Positions 1 through 11,608 of a stretch of DNA of 64,000 bases are shown one piece after another. The DNA lies in NCBI GenBank assembly GCA_014905635.1, contig JABVCE010000010.1:992001-1056000 (forward strand), in the 5' to 3' direction. Made by a program: the position numbers and the translations under genes. The notes below the pieces were generated by a model. It was not told the origin of the DNA, ran no database searches, and saw only the letters and a program-made list of their open reading frames with translations. Source of the DNA: Scenedesmus sp. PABB004. Taxonomy: Eukaryota. Each line of letters starts with the position of its first letter. The first letter of the stretch is position 1.

Positions 1-1755
1 CTCGAGGCGGCGGCGTGGCGCTGAGCGGGCGCCGCGCGCACCTGAAGTGAAACACGTATCGCAGCGACCGCTGCGCGGCAAACCACACCAGCCCCTTGGC
101 GCGAAAGAGCCCCGGCGCCGTCAGCACCTGCTGCGCGACGAGGGTCTGGAAGCAGGCCATGCACAGCGGCGCGTCGCTGACAAAGCTCACAGAGCTTATG
201 TGCGCGTGCCCGGCATGGCTGCCGCCGCCGCCGCCGCTGCCGCCGCCACGCTGCGCCTCGTCGCCACCCGCTGCCACCCGGGCGGCGCGCCGGGCGGAGC
301 CGGCGCCTGCGGACGGGCAGCGCGCGCGGCAGGCGCGTGGGGCGACCGGCGGCGCGCCCCCGACGCCCGGCGCCGCCGCGGCGCCCGCCGCGCACCTGGC
401 GCGCGGGGCCTGTGCACGCCGCCCTGGATGATGGGCTCGTGAGACAAGAAGCCCAGGGCGCCGTGCACGCTGCCCGGCGGCGGCGACGCCGCGCCGCCCC
501 GCGCCGGCGGGGGCGCCTCCTCCTCCTGCTCCACCTCCAGCTCCAGCAGGAACTCAGGCGGCACCTGCGCGGCACGGCGCCGCCCCGCGGCGCCCAGGCG
601 CTGGGCCGAGTGCGCGGCACGTAGCGGCGCCGGCCCGAGCCGCCCCGCTGCGTCGGCGCCCGCGCCGCGCGGCGCGCGGCGCGCCGCACCTGGCCGAACC
701 GCGCGCGCAGCATGCGCACGCCCGGCGCGAGCCGCTGCACCGCATCCTCCACCGCCGCGACGTCGCCCAGGCTGGCGAGGTCACACTTGTTCAGCACCGC
801 CACGTCAGCAGCGCGCAGCTGGCGGGCGCGGCGCACGCGGCGGTCAGCGGCGGGGCGGCGCAGCGCGCGAGGCGCGCGGTGGGCGCGCTTGCCGCGCCGC
901 ACCTGCGCGACCGCGACGTCCTGGCACAGCGCCGCCTGCCCCGCCTCGGCGTCAACGACCGCCACCACCGCAGCGAGCCGGAAGCCCGCCCCCGCCAGCG
1001 CGGCAGCCAGCGGCTCCGCGTCGGCCACGCCCGACGTCTCCAGCAGCTGCGCGGCGTCGGCGGCGCGGCACACCGCACGCGCGTGCCGCTCAGCCGCGAC
1101 CGCCGCGCAGGGCGGGCGGCAGGCCGGCGGCGCGGCGCGGCGCCGCCGCGCGCACCAGGCAGTCAAGACCCTGGTACGCGGGGCTGCCGGCCAGCTGCGC
1201 CAGCGCGGCCGCGAGCTCGCCGCTCGTGTCGCAGCACACGCAGCCGCCGGCGAGCGGCGCGGGCTTGACGCCCGCGGCGGCGTTGGCGGCGCGCGCGCCC
1301 AGCAGCTGGCTGTCCACGTCGAGCGCCGCGACCTCGTTGACCAGCACGCCGAGCCGGAGGTGCGGGGCGCTGCGGGCACACGCAGCGCGCCGCGCGGCGG
1401 CGGCGCCGGCCAAGTTGTGCGCGGGGCGGCGCACCGGCGGCGGCGGCGGCGGCGGCGCAGCCGCGGCGGCGCTCACCCGGCGGTGAGCAGGTGCTGCACC
1501 AGCGTCGTCTTGCCCGCGCCCAGGAAGCCTGTGACGCGCGCCCGCGTGAGCGAGCAGGCACGGGCGCCAAGCTGCGCGGCGCAGAGTGCCACGGCAGGGG
1601 CCACCCAGCGTGAGCGCAGCGCGCTCACCTGTGACCAGCAACACCGGCACCGGGCCGCGCCGCCCGGCGCCCCCCGCGAGCAGCTGCTGCTCCCAGCGCG
1701 CCGAGAGCGCCACGCCGGTCACGGCACGATCGGGCTCAGCCTCGCCAGCCGCCAT
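1..1755 (-). CDS. CobW/COG0523 (P47K) family metal-chaperone GTPase, multi-exon; C-terminus runs off the window start
   Basis: Spliced translation gives PVLLVT|GFLGAGKTT (Walker A), GVLVNEVAALDVDS, LAGGCVCC (GCxCC), LETSGVADAEP, VAVVDA and VAVLNKCDL (NKxD). Near 45-230 there is a CobW_C-like ISSVSFVSDAP...LFRAKGLVWF segment. ATG at 1755. Confidence 0.9.
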
Positions 1756-2069
1756 CGCGGCGGGGTCGGCCACGCGCCGCTGCTGTCGCCGCTGCTGCTG
1801 CTGCTGCTGCTGGGCGCCCGGCGTCCGTGTGTTGCGCGTGTGTGCGTCCGACGTCAACTGACGCTGGAGATGGACCCATGGCCCGCCTGCACGGGCTCTT
1901 GATCGGCCGCCGCCCGCCACGCTTTTGACGCCGTCGTTGCGGCGTGCCTGCGCGGCCGAGCAGCGCGCCGTCGCGTCCAGTTCCGCGCAGCCCTGGCCCC
2001 CAGATCGCGCGTGGGGAAGCAGTCAGGTCGCTCGCAGTCTCGGAGCTTGGTGCTGCGCACTCCGACGCG

Positions 2070-4787
2070 ATGCCGGGCCCTCTCGCGGGCTTCTCCCTGG
2101 ATGAGGGCGCCTTCCTGGCCCTGCTGGAGAAGCTGATCGGCGAGTCCAAGTGGCTGCAGGTGCGACGCACCAGCCGGGGCGCCGGCAGCGGCAGCAGCAG
2201 CGGTGCGTGCCGCCAGCGCGCCGCCGACCGCCGCCCCGCGCAGAACAACCCGCCCGAGCTGGTGCCGGTGGAGGACCGTGGTGAGCTGGCAGCGGCGTGC
2301 CGGCGCTCACCGCCGCCGCGCCGGCGCGCGCTGGCGAGCTCACGCGGCGCCGCCCGCCGCCGCCGCGGCGCGCAGCCGCGCGGCACGTGCTCGACGTGCT
2401 TACCCCGCTGAGCGTGGAGGAGGGCGGGCCGCTGCTGGTGAAGCACGTGACCTTTGTGGAGGGGCGGGGCAACATCATCGTCGAGTACCCGGGGCAGCCC
2501 GGCGGCGGCGTCATCAGCTTTGTCGGCGCCCACATGGTGCGGCGGCGCGCACCGATGGCGGGCGCCCGCGGGGCGGCGGGCCCCGCCGGCCGGCCACGGC
2601 CGCGGGCCACGCCGGCCGCAGCCGGCCGCGGGGCCGGCCGCCGCGCCGGCTGCCGCCGCGCGACCCGCCGCGCCGCGCCGCGCCGCCGCCGCCGCGCTCG
2701 CGCTCGCAAGGACGTCGTCACCGCCAACCCCGAGTCCTGGTCGTTCGACCCGTTCACCCTCACGCGCGACGGCGACAAGCTCGCGGGCCGCGGCGTCACC
2801 GACTGCCTCGGCCACGTCGCGCTGCTCGCGGAGCTCTTCCGCCAGCTCGGCGCGGCGCGGCCGGCGCTGAAGACGACCGTCGTCGGCGTGTTCATTGCAA
2901 ACGAGGAGAATGCCACGGTGCGCGGCGGCGGGGCGGGGGCTTGCACGCGCGCGGCGCCTCCTCCCTCCGGCGGCGGCGCGGGGGGCCTGCGGCGACCGGC
3001 GCGAGCGCTGCGCGGCGCGGCGCCCACGCGCACGCGCCCACACGTGCCCGCCCACGCGCCCGTCCACGCGCCCACCCGCCCGCTTGCGGGGGCAGCTCAC
3101 TGGCATCGGCGTGGACGAGCTGGTCAAGCAGGGCTTGCTGGACAAGTGCAAGGAGGGCCCGCTCTATTGGGTCGACACTGCCGACAGCCAGCCCTGCATC
3201 GGCACGGGCGGCATCGCCGCGTGGCAGCTCACCGCGCACGGTGCGCGCGGCCCGCGCGGCGGCGGCGGCGGCGGCGGCGGCGCCAGGGGTCCCGCCCCGC
3301 GCGCGGCCTGACCGCTGCGCCCCCGCCCCGCCCCTCCTCCCCGCTCGCAGGCAAGCTCTTCCATAGCGGGCTGCCCCACAAGAGCATCAACCCCATCGAG
3401 CTCGCCATGGACGCGGTGGCCGAGATCCAGCGCCGCTTCTACAAAGACTATGGCCCCGCGCCCCAGGAGGAGCGGTGCGCGCGCGCGTATGCGCACGCAC
3501 GCACGCGCGGGCCTCGCGCCGGCGGCCGCGGCCGCGCCGCCGCGCCGCCGCGGCGCCGCGGCGCCGCACCCCGGGCGCTGCCAGCCGCGCGAGCCCCTGC
3601 GCCGCGCCGCGTGGGCCCGCAGGTACGGCTTTGCCACGCCGTCGACGCTCAAGCCGACGCAGTGGTCGCTGCCCGCGGGCAGCATCAACCAGATCCCCGG
3701 CAGCGCCACGGTCTGCGGCGACGTGCGGGTCACGCCCTTCTACGACATGGACAAGGTGCGCACCGCCGCCGCCGCGTTGTTGTTGTTACACACGCCGCGT
3801 GCTGCGTGCCGCGTGCCGCGTGCTGCGTGCTGCGTGCTGCGTGCCGCGTGCCCCACACGCGCCGCGTGCCGCGTGCCCCACACGCGCCGCGTGCCGCGTG
3901 CTGCGCGCCGCGCGCCGCAACGCCGTAACACGGCGCCGCGCGGCGTGCTACGCAGGTCATGGCGAGCGTGCGGTCGTACGTCGCCGACATCAACGCCGCG
4001 CCCGACGCGCTCGCGACGGGCGCGCGCGGCCCCGCGTCGCGCTACGCGCTGCCGGACGAGGGCCTGGCGGGGCGGGTGGAGCTGAAGTTCTTTGACAACG
4101 TCGGCAAGGGCGTCGCGTGCGACCTCGACTCCAAGGGTGCGCCGCGCGGCGCCGCGCGGCGCGGCTCCCGTGAGCTATCGCCTCCGCCGCCGCGCCGCCC
4201 CGCCCGCGCGCCCACGCACCCGCCTGGCTGCGCGCACGCGCGCGCGCGCCCGCCCGCCCGGCCGACCGGCCGCCAGGCTTCAAGGCGCTCGTCGCCGCGT
4301 TCACCGAGGTCACCGGCGACTGCAAGCCCTACTCCATCACCGGCAGCCTGCCCTGCATCCGCGACCTGCAGGAGGCGGGCTTCGACGTGCAGACGCTCGG
4401 CTTCGGTGCGCTGCCGCGGCCCCGCGCGCGCCGCACCCCCGCGCCCCGCGCGCGCCAACGCCCGCCGATGCCCCGCGCGCCCACGCCCGACACGCCCGCG
4501 CGCCGCGCACCCGTCTCCCCAGGCAAGCTGGCCGCGTACCACGCCAACAATGAGTACGCCTACCTCAGCGACTTTGTGAAGGGCTTCAGGTGGGAGGCCC
4601 GGGGCTCAGGGATCAGGGCTCAGGGGTCGCGGCCCAGGGCCCTGACGCGGCCGCCGACGGCCGCTGGCACGCGAGCGCGCGTGCCGCCTTGGTGCGCGCG
4701 TGCCGACGCCGGCGCGCGCGCCGCGCCGCGCCGCGCAGGGTGCTTGCCGCGCTGGTGGACGCGTTTGACGAGGCCAGCAAGGCCTGA
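2070..4787 (+). CDS. argE: Acetylornithine deacetylase (M20 peptidase family), multi-exon
   Basis: Exons encode LLEKLIGESKWLQ|NNPPELVPVED, SFVGAHM|DVVTANP, LAGRGVTDCLGHVA, FIANEEN, WVDTADSQPCIGTGG, GKLFHSGLPHKSINPIE, GSINQIPG, PYSITGSLPCIRDLQ and YHANNEY, matching plant/algal-type acetylornithine deacetylase. Confidence 0.92.
3797..3905. repeat. Intronic heptamer tandem repeat (CGTGCYG)n with a repeated CCCCACACGCGCCG unit
   Basis: Directly visible in the argE intron at 3757-3955. Confidence 0.85.
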
Positions 4788-5032
4788 GCAAAGGAAGGCG
4801 GCGGCGGCAGCGGCGGCAGCGGCGGCGAGGGCCTGTGGGCTGCGTGGCTGGCGGGGGCGGTATTGCGGGCTCGCTCCGAGCGCGCTAGGGCCGGGGGTGA
4901 GGGGGGGGGGGCGCTGCGCTGGCGGCGGGGGAGCGGGGCCGGGGCGCCGCCGGCTCTTGATCTGCCGGCGGTTGACATGAAACGAATGACACGACCCACC
5001 ACACCATACCACCCACCACCACCACCGCTACC

Positions 5033-5296
5033 CGGCCCTGCGCGCATGCGTGAGAGAGAGGGCCGGCCGGCGTCCTGTGTGACGCCGGCCGGCGGCGGCG
5101 GCGGCGCCGAGGGCGCCGACCGCGCAGCGCGTTCGCACGGCAGGCGGGCCTCGAGGGCTGCCCGGCCGCGCCAGCGCGCTCTACGCTGCAAAAGAAGCCC
5201 CCGCCCGCACACCCGCCTCGACCCGTCGCCTAGGCGCCCCCACGCTCCGCGCACGCCCCCACGATCCGCGCACGCCGCCAGCTGGAGCTGGCGGGC
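5033..5296 (-). repeat. Segment X copy: inverted duplicate of 36904-37152 (last codons, TAG stop and 3' UTR of the 34285-36957 gene)
   Basis: Reverse complement reads ...gcggagcgtgggggcgcctaggcgacgggtcgaggcgggtgtgcgggcgggggcttcttttgcagcgtagagcg...ctcacgcatgcgcgcagg, near-identical to the sequence from 36937 to 37147. Confidence 0.95.
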
Positions 5297-5306
5297 ACGC
5301 GTTTAC

Positions 5307-7239
5307 GTGCAGGCTTTGCAGCGCGCCAAGCGCGCGGCGCTCTCAGCGAGCGTGCCGCTCGGCCACAAACCCTGTGCAGGTGCCCAGTCAAACAGTCATA
5401 CACAGTCTCCGTCGCTGCCCAGCAGCCGTCACATGGGCGTCGCAGCCCCAAGGCGCCAAGGGCGTGTTGCAGCCCCTACCCCACAAACCGGGGCGTCACA
5501 GCCCCGAGTCCGGTCAGGTGTGGCGGGCGCGCGCGGCAGCAGCCGCGCGCGCGCCGCTCGCGCTGCCGGCCAGCGCTCAGTGCGCGTGCGACCAGGCCTC
5601 GACCCCAACCCAGCAGTCGTCGACCCGCGCGCCCATCGAGCCGACGCTGCAATTCGTCCTCATGCGTGCCCCGCGGAGGGCCATGTCCTCGTCGGAGCCG
5701 CGCACGGGCGTGCGGGGCTGGAGGGGCGAGCTGGACTCGCCGCGCCCAGGTAGCTGGGCGGCGCCACCCTGGCGGCGGCGGCGTTGCTGACCGCCGTGTT
5801 GATGGCTGGCAGCTGGGCCGCGTGGGGCAGCACCTGCTCCTGCGCCCCGACCAGCTCGGCGCATGGGGCGTCCACGCCGCCGCCGGGGGCGGCGGCGGCC
5901 GCCGCCGGCGCCTCGGACGCGCCGCACACGGTCACGTCTGGGGAGCTGGTGGCCGCCGCCCTGGCGGCGGCGGCGTTGCTGACCGGTGTCGTGATGGTGG
6001 GCAGCTGGGCTGCCGGGCGCAGCACCTCCTCCGCCCCGACCAGCGCGGCGCAGGGGGCGTCCATGCCGCCGCCGGGGGCGGCCGCCGCCGCCACCTGGGC
6101 CGTGTTCACGTCGGCGGGCGCGTTGTCCAAGCAGGTCGTGTCCGCGTCGGCGCGCAGGGGCTGGTGCTCCTCGGGAGCGGCGAGCGCCTGCAGGAGGCGT
6201 GCGGCGCGGGGCGCAGGTGTCGGCCCTCGCGCCGCTCGCGCGCACACGCGGCGGCCGGGCGAGAGGCGACGCAAGCGGCGCGACGCCACCAGGCCACACA
6301 GCCCACCTGCTCCTGCGCGTCCACCTGCGCGTCCACCTGCTCCTGCGCCGCCGGCGGGTGGTCCGGGTGTGCCGCCTTGGTCTGCTTGGCCTTGCGCTGC
6401 CGCTGCTCCAGGCGCGCCTGCGGTGACCGGCGCGCGGGCGGTGGCAGCGCGCGTGAGGGACGCGATGGACGTGCAACGCGTTGCGTGGGCGCGCAAGGGG
6501 GCCAGCCGGGGCGCCGCACGCGCGCCGGCGGACATGTGAGACGGCGCTGGCGGTGCCGCGCCGCGCGGCCGCAGTGCGCGCCCGCGCCGCGCGTGTAGCG
6601 CGCTGGCAGCTTGCTATAGCTGGGGAGCCGGCGGCCAGGGCCGCGCGGCGCGCGTGGCGGCGCGGGGGCCCTCCCGCCGACGGGTGCACCCCCCGCCGCG
6701 CTGTGCGGGCCGCGCCGCCCACCTTGAGCGACGTGGCGTCGCGGAGAGCCTTCAGGGCCTTCTTGGCGGCGGCATGCACCGCGCGGACGGCGGCCTTGGC
6801 GGCCACGAGCTTTGGCGCCATGGCGCTGCTGGACGAGTGCTTTTGGAGAGCGTGAGCTGGGTGTGGGAGTGCGTTGCGACGTGTGTGAGCTCCCCGGGAG
6901 CTCGCGGGGGCATTTTAAGGGCCAAGCGCGCGGCCGGGAGGCGGCTGAGCGGGTTTTTGCCAGCTTGCCGCTGCTGTCGGCGCTCGGTGCCGCCGCCGGC
7001 GCCGCGCTCAGCGTGGCTGCCAGGCGGCCTGCGAGCTGTGACGAGCTGTGACGGGCGCCGGCGAGCGCGGCGGGCAGCGCGGCGCGCGGGGGCGGCGCCT
7101 CACGGGCCACCGCTGGCCGCCGCCGCCGACTGGCTGCCGCGCTGCGTGCGTCCTGCCAGAGCTGCTGCCGGTGACCAGGGCAGGCGGGCACGCCGCCCGC
7201 CGGACACCACGCCCGGGCCGGCGCGGGCGGCGGCCGCGC
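5307..7239 (-). mobile_element. Copy A of the duplicated orphan-gene cassette (upstream region, 3 exons, 3' region); inverted relative to copy B
   Basis: Continuous near-identity by eye to ~37481-39440, including both introns. No transposase, TIR or poly(A) was seen, so mobility is inferred from the flanking duplications. Confidence 0.6.
5577..6821 (-). pseudogene. Orphan cassette gene, copy A; exons 6821-6723, 6417-6307 and 6187-5577; frameshifted near 5742
   Basis: Translation MAPKLVAAKAAVRAVHAAAKKALKALRDATSLK|ARLEQRQRKAKQTK...|ALAAPEEHQPLR... Exon 3 is 611 nt versus 618 nt in copy B. A 10-bp loss (CTGGGCGCGG-CGAGT versus CTGGGCGCGGCCAAGCGCGGCGAGT) puts the C-terminal RVDDCWVG motif out of frame. 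Confidence 0.75.
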
Positions 7240-7241
7240 GT

Positions 7242-7465
7242 CGCTGCCCCGCAGGAAGGCGCTGGACAAGGTGGTGGGCAACCTGGCGGCGGCCGGGCAG
7301 TGACGCGCGAGGCGGCGGGGCGGTTGCAGGGCGTCGAGCTGCGGGGGGGACAAGTCGGCGGCCGGGTAAGTGCTTGCACGGGTGCAGAGCCAACTGCCCG
7401 GTCTCACTGCCCGCACAAGCAGCACCAAGCCGACGCGCGCGCAGGGCCACAGAAGGGTGGCCGCC
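7242..7465 (+). repeat. Segment Y copy: inverted duplicate of 39533-39767 (splice acceptor, last exon and 3' UTR of BCP1)
   Basis: cgctgccccgcag|gaaggcgctggacaaggtggtgggcaacctggcggcggccgggcagtga...gcagggccacagaagggtggccgcc matches the reverse complement of 39533-39767. Confidence 0.95.
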
Positions 7466-7971
7466 CGCAGGCGCCGTCGTCGTCGTCAGGCGCAGCCCGC
7501 CCCGCGCACGTGCGCCGGCCGGCGGCGGGCCCGCGCCGCCGGAGACGCGCAGCTTCTGCAGCTGTCGGTGGCTCACGCGGCGCACGCGGGCGCCCGCCCG
7601 CTGCGGCCAGCGTCAAGCATGCGTTATGGATTGATGATGATTGATGATGGCCGAGCGCTGTACACTCCGCGCGATTCCTGGTCGTACATGCGCGGGGGGC
7701 GCCCGGCCGCCGCCCGCACCGCCGCGGGCCGCTGGCGCCCGCGGGCGGCGCCAGCAGAAATTCGCCGGCGCGGCGCGCGCGCGCCGCCTGCACCTCCCTG
7801 CAGGCTCCGGAAGGCGAGTCGGCCGCTCGCCGCTCGCCCCCACAGTGCACAAATGCGCCCCCGCCTGCTCCTACTCCCCCGCCGCCCACCGCCTCGCGCC
7901 TCCCAAACCCCTGCCACCGCTCCTGCACACAGGTGCGGCCCCGCCGCCCGCCCGCGGCCGCGCCGCGCGCC

Positions 7972-8147
7972 TCAGCGCACGGCGGCGCCGGCGCTTTCGG
8001 CGCCCTCCTCGCTCACCGCCTCCTCGCCGCCCTCCTCGCCTGACCCCGTCGCCTCCGCCGCATCGGGCACGTCCAGGTCGGGCCCGGGCGCCGCCGCCGC
8101 CTCCTTGCCGCCGCCGCCGCCGCCGCCGCCCGGCACGGCGGGCGCGA

Positions 8148-8195
<48 letters not shown>

Positions 8196-8851
8196 CCGCC
8201 GGCCCCTGGCGACGCGACGCCTGCACCGCCGCCGCCACCGCCGCCACGACCGCCGCCGCCGCGGCCGCGGGCTCCTGCAGGTCGGCGCCGCTGGCCGACG
8301 CGGCGGCCTTGGCGAGCGCCGACGCGGCGCCGTGGAGGTCGTGCGCCGCCGCCGCCATGACCGCCAGCGCCGTGTGCGCGACGGGGGTCAGGTCCTCGCC
8401 GGGCGGCGCGCCGGCGCTGCCGCGCAGCTCCTCGAGCAGCGGAGCAAAGAGCGCGAAGAAGTTCACGCAGTGCCAGCTCAGCGGCTCGCGCCACATGAGC
8501 ACGCCCGGGTAGATCGGCGGCACGGCCGGGCGCCCCCCAGCCCGCCGGTGAGCCAGAAGGTCGCGCGGGCCGCCACAAACGCGTCGGGCAGGAGCGCCAT
8601 GAGCGCGCGCGAGCGCTTCAGCGCGTAGTCCCACGCGCGCTGCGCGCCCTCGGCCGGCGGCGCGACGCAGAGCGACGCGGTCAGCGCGCGCGTGGCGGCC
8701 TGGAGGAGCAGCATCCCCGCGTGCGGGTTGTTCCACGCCAGCAGGCGCGCGAGCGCGAGCACGTCTGGCGACGCCGCGCAGGGCGAGAGAGTGAGCCCGC
8801 GCAGCAGCGGCTCAGTGATGACCGCCCGGAACCCGCCCGGCGGCAGGCTCA

Positions 8852-8896
<45 letters not shown>

Positions 8897-11384
8897 GCGG
8901 GCGGTCCGCGCCGGCGCCGGGGTCGCCGCCGCCGGGCGGCGCGCGCAGCAGATAGGGGTTGCCGCGCGGCGGCGCGCCGCCGCCGCCGCCGCCCGGCTGC
9001 GCGGCCTCGGCGACGAGCGTCGGCAGGTTGGCCGCGTGCTGCAGCAGCTCGCCGAGCAGCTCGTACAGCGGCGTCGCGTCCTCCGCGCCGCACGGCTCGT
9101 CGTCGGCGTCGAGGGAGGCGACGCACGCGGTCAGCACGTCGGCGAGGTCGGGCACCACGTTGTGCACCTGCAACGCGCGCCGCGACGCGCCCGGGCAGGC
9201 GGGCGGGCGAGCGGGTGAGCGGCGGGGCCGGCGGGAGGGGCTGGGCTCGCGCGCAGCGGCGCCACAGGCACGCGCGCGCCGCGCGCGCCGCGCCGCTGCG
9301 CCGCGCCGCCGCCGCGCCTGCATGAGGTGCGCCGCCGCCCAGGGCCCGAGCGCCGCGTAGCGTCGCAGCACGCGCGCCGCGTCCGAGGGCATGTCCGGGC
9401 CGTCGAGCGCGGCGCCGGCGCCGGCGCCGTGCCGCGGCGGCACGCACGCGCGCACGAGGTCCACCAGGCGCTCCACGAACGACATCACCGCGACCGCGAG
9501 CGGCGGCAGGCGCACGCCGTTGTGCGCCTGCACCGCCTCGCTCAGCTGGGGGAGCGTGACGTGCGCCGCGCCGGCATGGCCGACGAGGTCGGCCTGCGCC
9601 CTGATGAGCAGGGAGATGTGGGGCGAGAGCACGCGCGACACGCGCTTGGCCGCCGCCTCGAGCGCCCAGCCCAGCATGTCCACCGCCCAGCGCCGCGCGC
9701 CGGGCGGGATCGACTCCGTGCCGACCAGGAAGGTGGACAGCCAGTCGGGGTGCGCGACCTGGAGCTCCAGGAAGAGCTGCCGGCGGCGGGCGCGCGGCGC
9801 GCGGCGGGCGGGCAGCGGGCGGGCGACGGCGGCGGCGTCGCACCGTGCACGGCGCGCGGGCGGCGGCGCGGCGGCGCGGCGGCGCGGCGGCGCGGCGGTG
9901 CGGGCGCGCGCCGCACCTGCAGGCACGCGCTGCTGCTGGGCCCTGCACTCATCAGGCTCATGAGCGCCTCGGTCCACACGTTGCTCTCGCTGCGCAGGCT
10001 GTCGTGCGCATGCAGGTAGACCTGGCGGCAGCGGCGGCGGCGGCGGCAGCAGCCGCGCTTGAGCGCGCGCTGTCGCGCCGCGCGGCAGGCCGCGCCGCGG
10101 GCCGGGGCCGGGTCCAGGGCGCCGGCGTCGTGCGCAGCCTGCGTGCCCACCTGGAATTGGAACAGCACGCCCAGCCGCAGCAGCGCGAGCGCCACCGCCT
10201 CGGCCTCCTCGCCGCGCCGGCTGGCCGGGCCGGGGCTCGCCGTCGGTTCCGCCGCGGGCGGCGCGAGCGGCGGCGGCGGCCCGGCCGCGGGCCTGGGGCT
10301 GCGCACCGGGCTGGCCGTCGCGGACGCGGCCGCGAGCGCCGACTGCAGCGTCGCGGGCGCCGGCGACACAGCCATGGGCGTGGGCGTCGTGCCGCCGCCG
10401 CCAGCGTCGGGCGCGGCGCCGTCGGCGCCGACCGCGACCGCCGCGGGGCGCAGCGCGCCGCCGCCGCCGCCGCCAGCGGCGGGCGCGTCCACACTCATCG
10501 CGCTCAGCGCGCCGCGCCCGCCGGAGCTGCACGACGGCGTCGCCGCCGCCGGCGCGGGCGCGGGCAGCGCCGGCGGCGGCGCGAGCGGCGCCCCGCCGCC
10601 GGGGCCGGACGCGGCCTCACGCCGCCGCGCCTTGCGCGCGGCGAGCTGGCCCAGGTCGCCGCGCGAGTCCACGAGCTGGCGCACAAAGCGAAAGTAGTCC
10701 CTGTCCAGCACGTGCTGCTGCCAGAGCAGGCTGACGTTGGTGGTCAGCACCTGGCGGTACAGCGCCTCGGGCATGCCCCACGGCGTCTCGCGCGCCGCCT
10801 GCGCCACCTGCTGCGCCGCGCCGTCGCCGTCGGCCTGCGGCGCCGACTCCATGGCCACGTCCTGCGCCGCCGGCGCTGCCTCTGCCGGCTGCGCCGCGGC
10901 CGCGCCGCCCGCGGCCGCCGCCTGCCGCTCGCCGGCGCGGCGCTCATAAAACAGCATGTAGGCGCTGTGCGCGCGCTCGTACTCGCCGCGCGCCGGCCGG
11001 CCCCGCGCGTCGCTGTCCTGGCTCGCGCGCCCGCCGAAGCACTCCGCCTCGAGCTCGTCCACGTCCCACGGCGTGACGCTCTTGTCGTCAAAGAGGAACC
11101 ACGACCCCTCGCCGCGCGGCTCGCCGCCAGCGGCGCCGGCATCAGCATCGAGCTGCGCGCGCTCGCGGATGTACGAATAGTAGTGCCCCGTGAAGGCGGA
11201 GCCCGAGTGCACGACCACGCCCATGAGGTCGTACATCGCGCGCGGCGCGCCGGCGCCGCCGGCGCCGGCGGCGCCGCCGCCCGCGAGCACGGCCTGCACC
11301 GCGTCGCTGAGCGAGCGCCGCAGGCCGTCGTCGGGCGCCGTGGGCTGCTGCTGCGGTGGTCCGCCGCCGCCGCCGCCGCCGCTC

Positions 11385-11425
<41 letters not shown>

Positions 11426-11571
11426 GGCGGCGCGCGCCGCCTCGCGGTCCGCCGCGGCGAGGCCGTCCGCGGTGTACTGGTGCATGTCGATCTCCATGGG
11501 GAACTCAAAGCGGTCGCGCACCTGTGGCCGCGCCGGGCCGGGCCGGGCCGGGCCGCGGGCGGGCTCAGCGC

Positions 11572-11608
<37 letters not shown>

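Noticed and set aside
3797..3905. Short regular repeats considered as a CRISPR-like array
   Set aside because: It is a simple heptamer satellite without unique spacers, inside a eukaryotic intron, and there are no cas genes.
5033..5093. Hairpin interpreted as a Helitron 3' terminus
   Set aside because: No CTRR end follows at the expected short distance, and the hairpin lies in host-derived segment X rather than at the cassette end.
7610..7690. AT-richer patch with TGATGA, considered as a C/D box snoRNA
   Set aside because: It is a 10-bp tandem duplication (ATTGATGATG)x2 with no downstream CTGA box D or terminal stem.
8520..8545. Frame break in the USP gene (TFWLTGGLGGA to AVPPIYPG), considered as a programmed frameshift or pseudogene
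   Set aside because: One extra base in the adjacent G/C run restores the frame, which is typical of long-read homopolymer error. It needs short-read confirmation.
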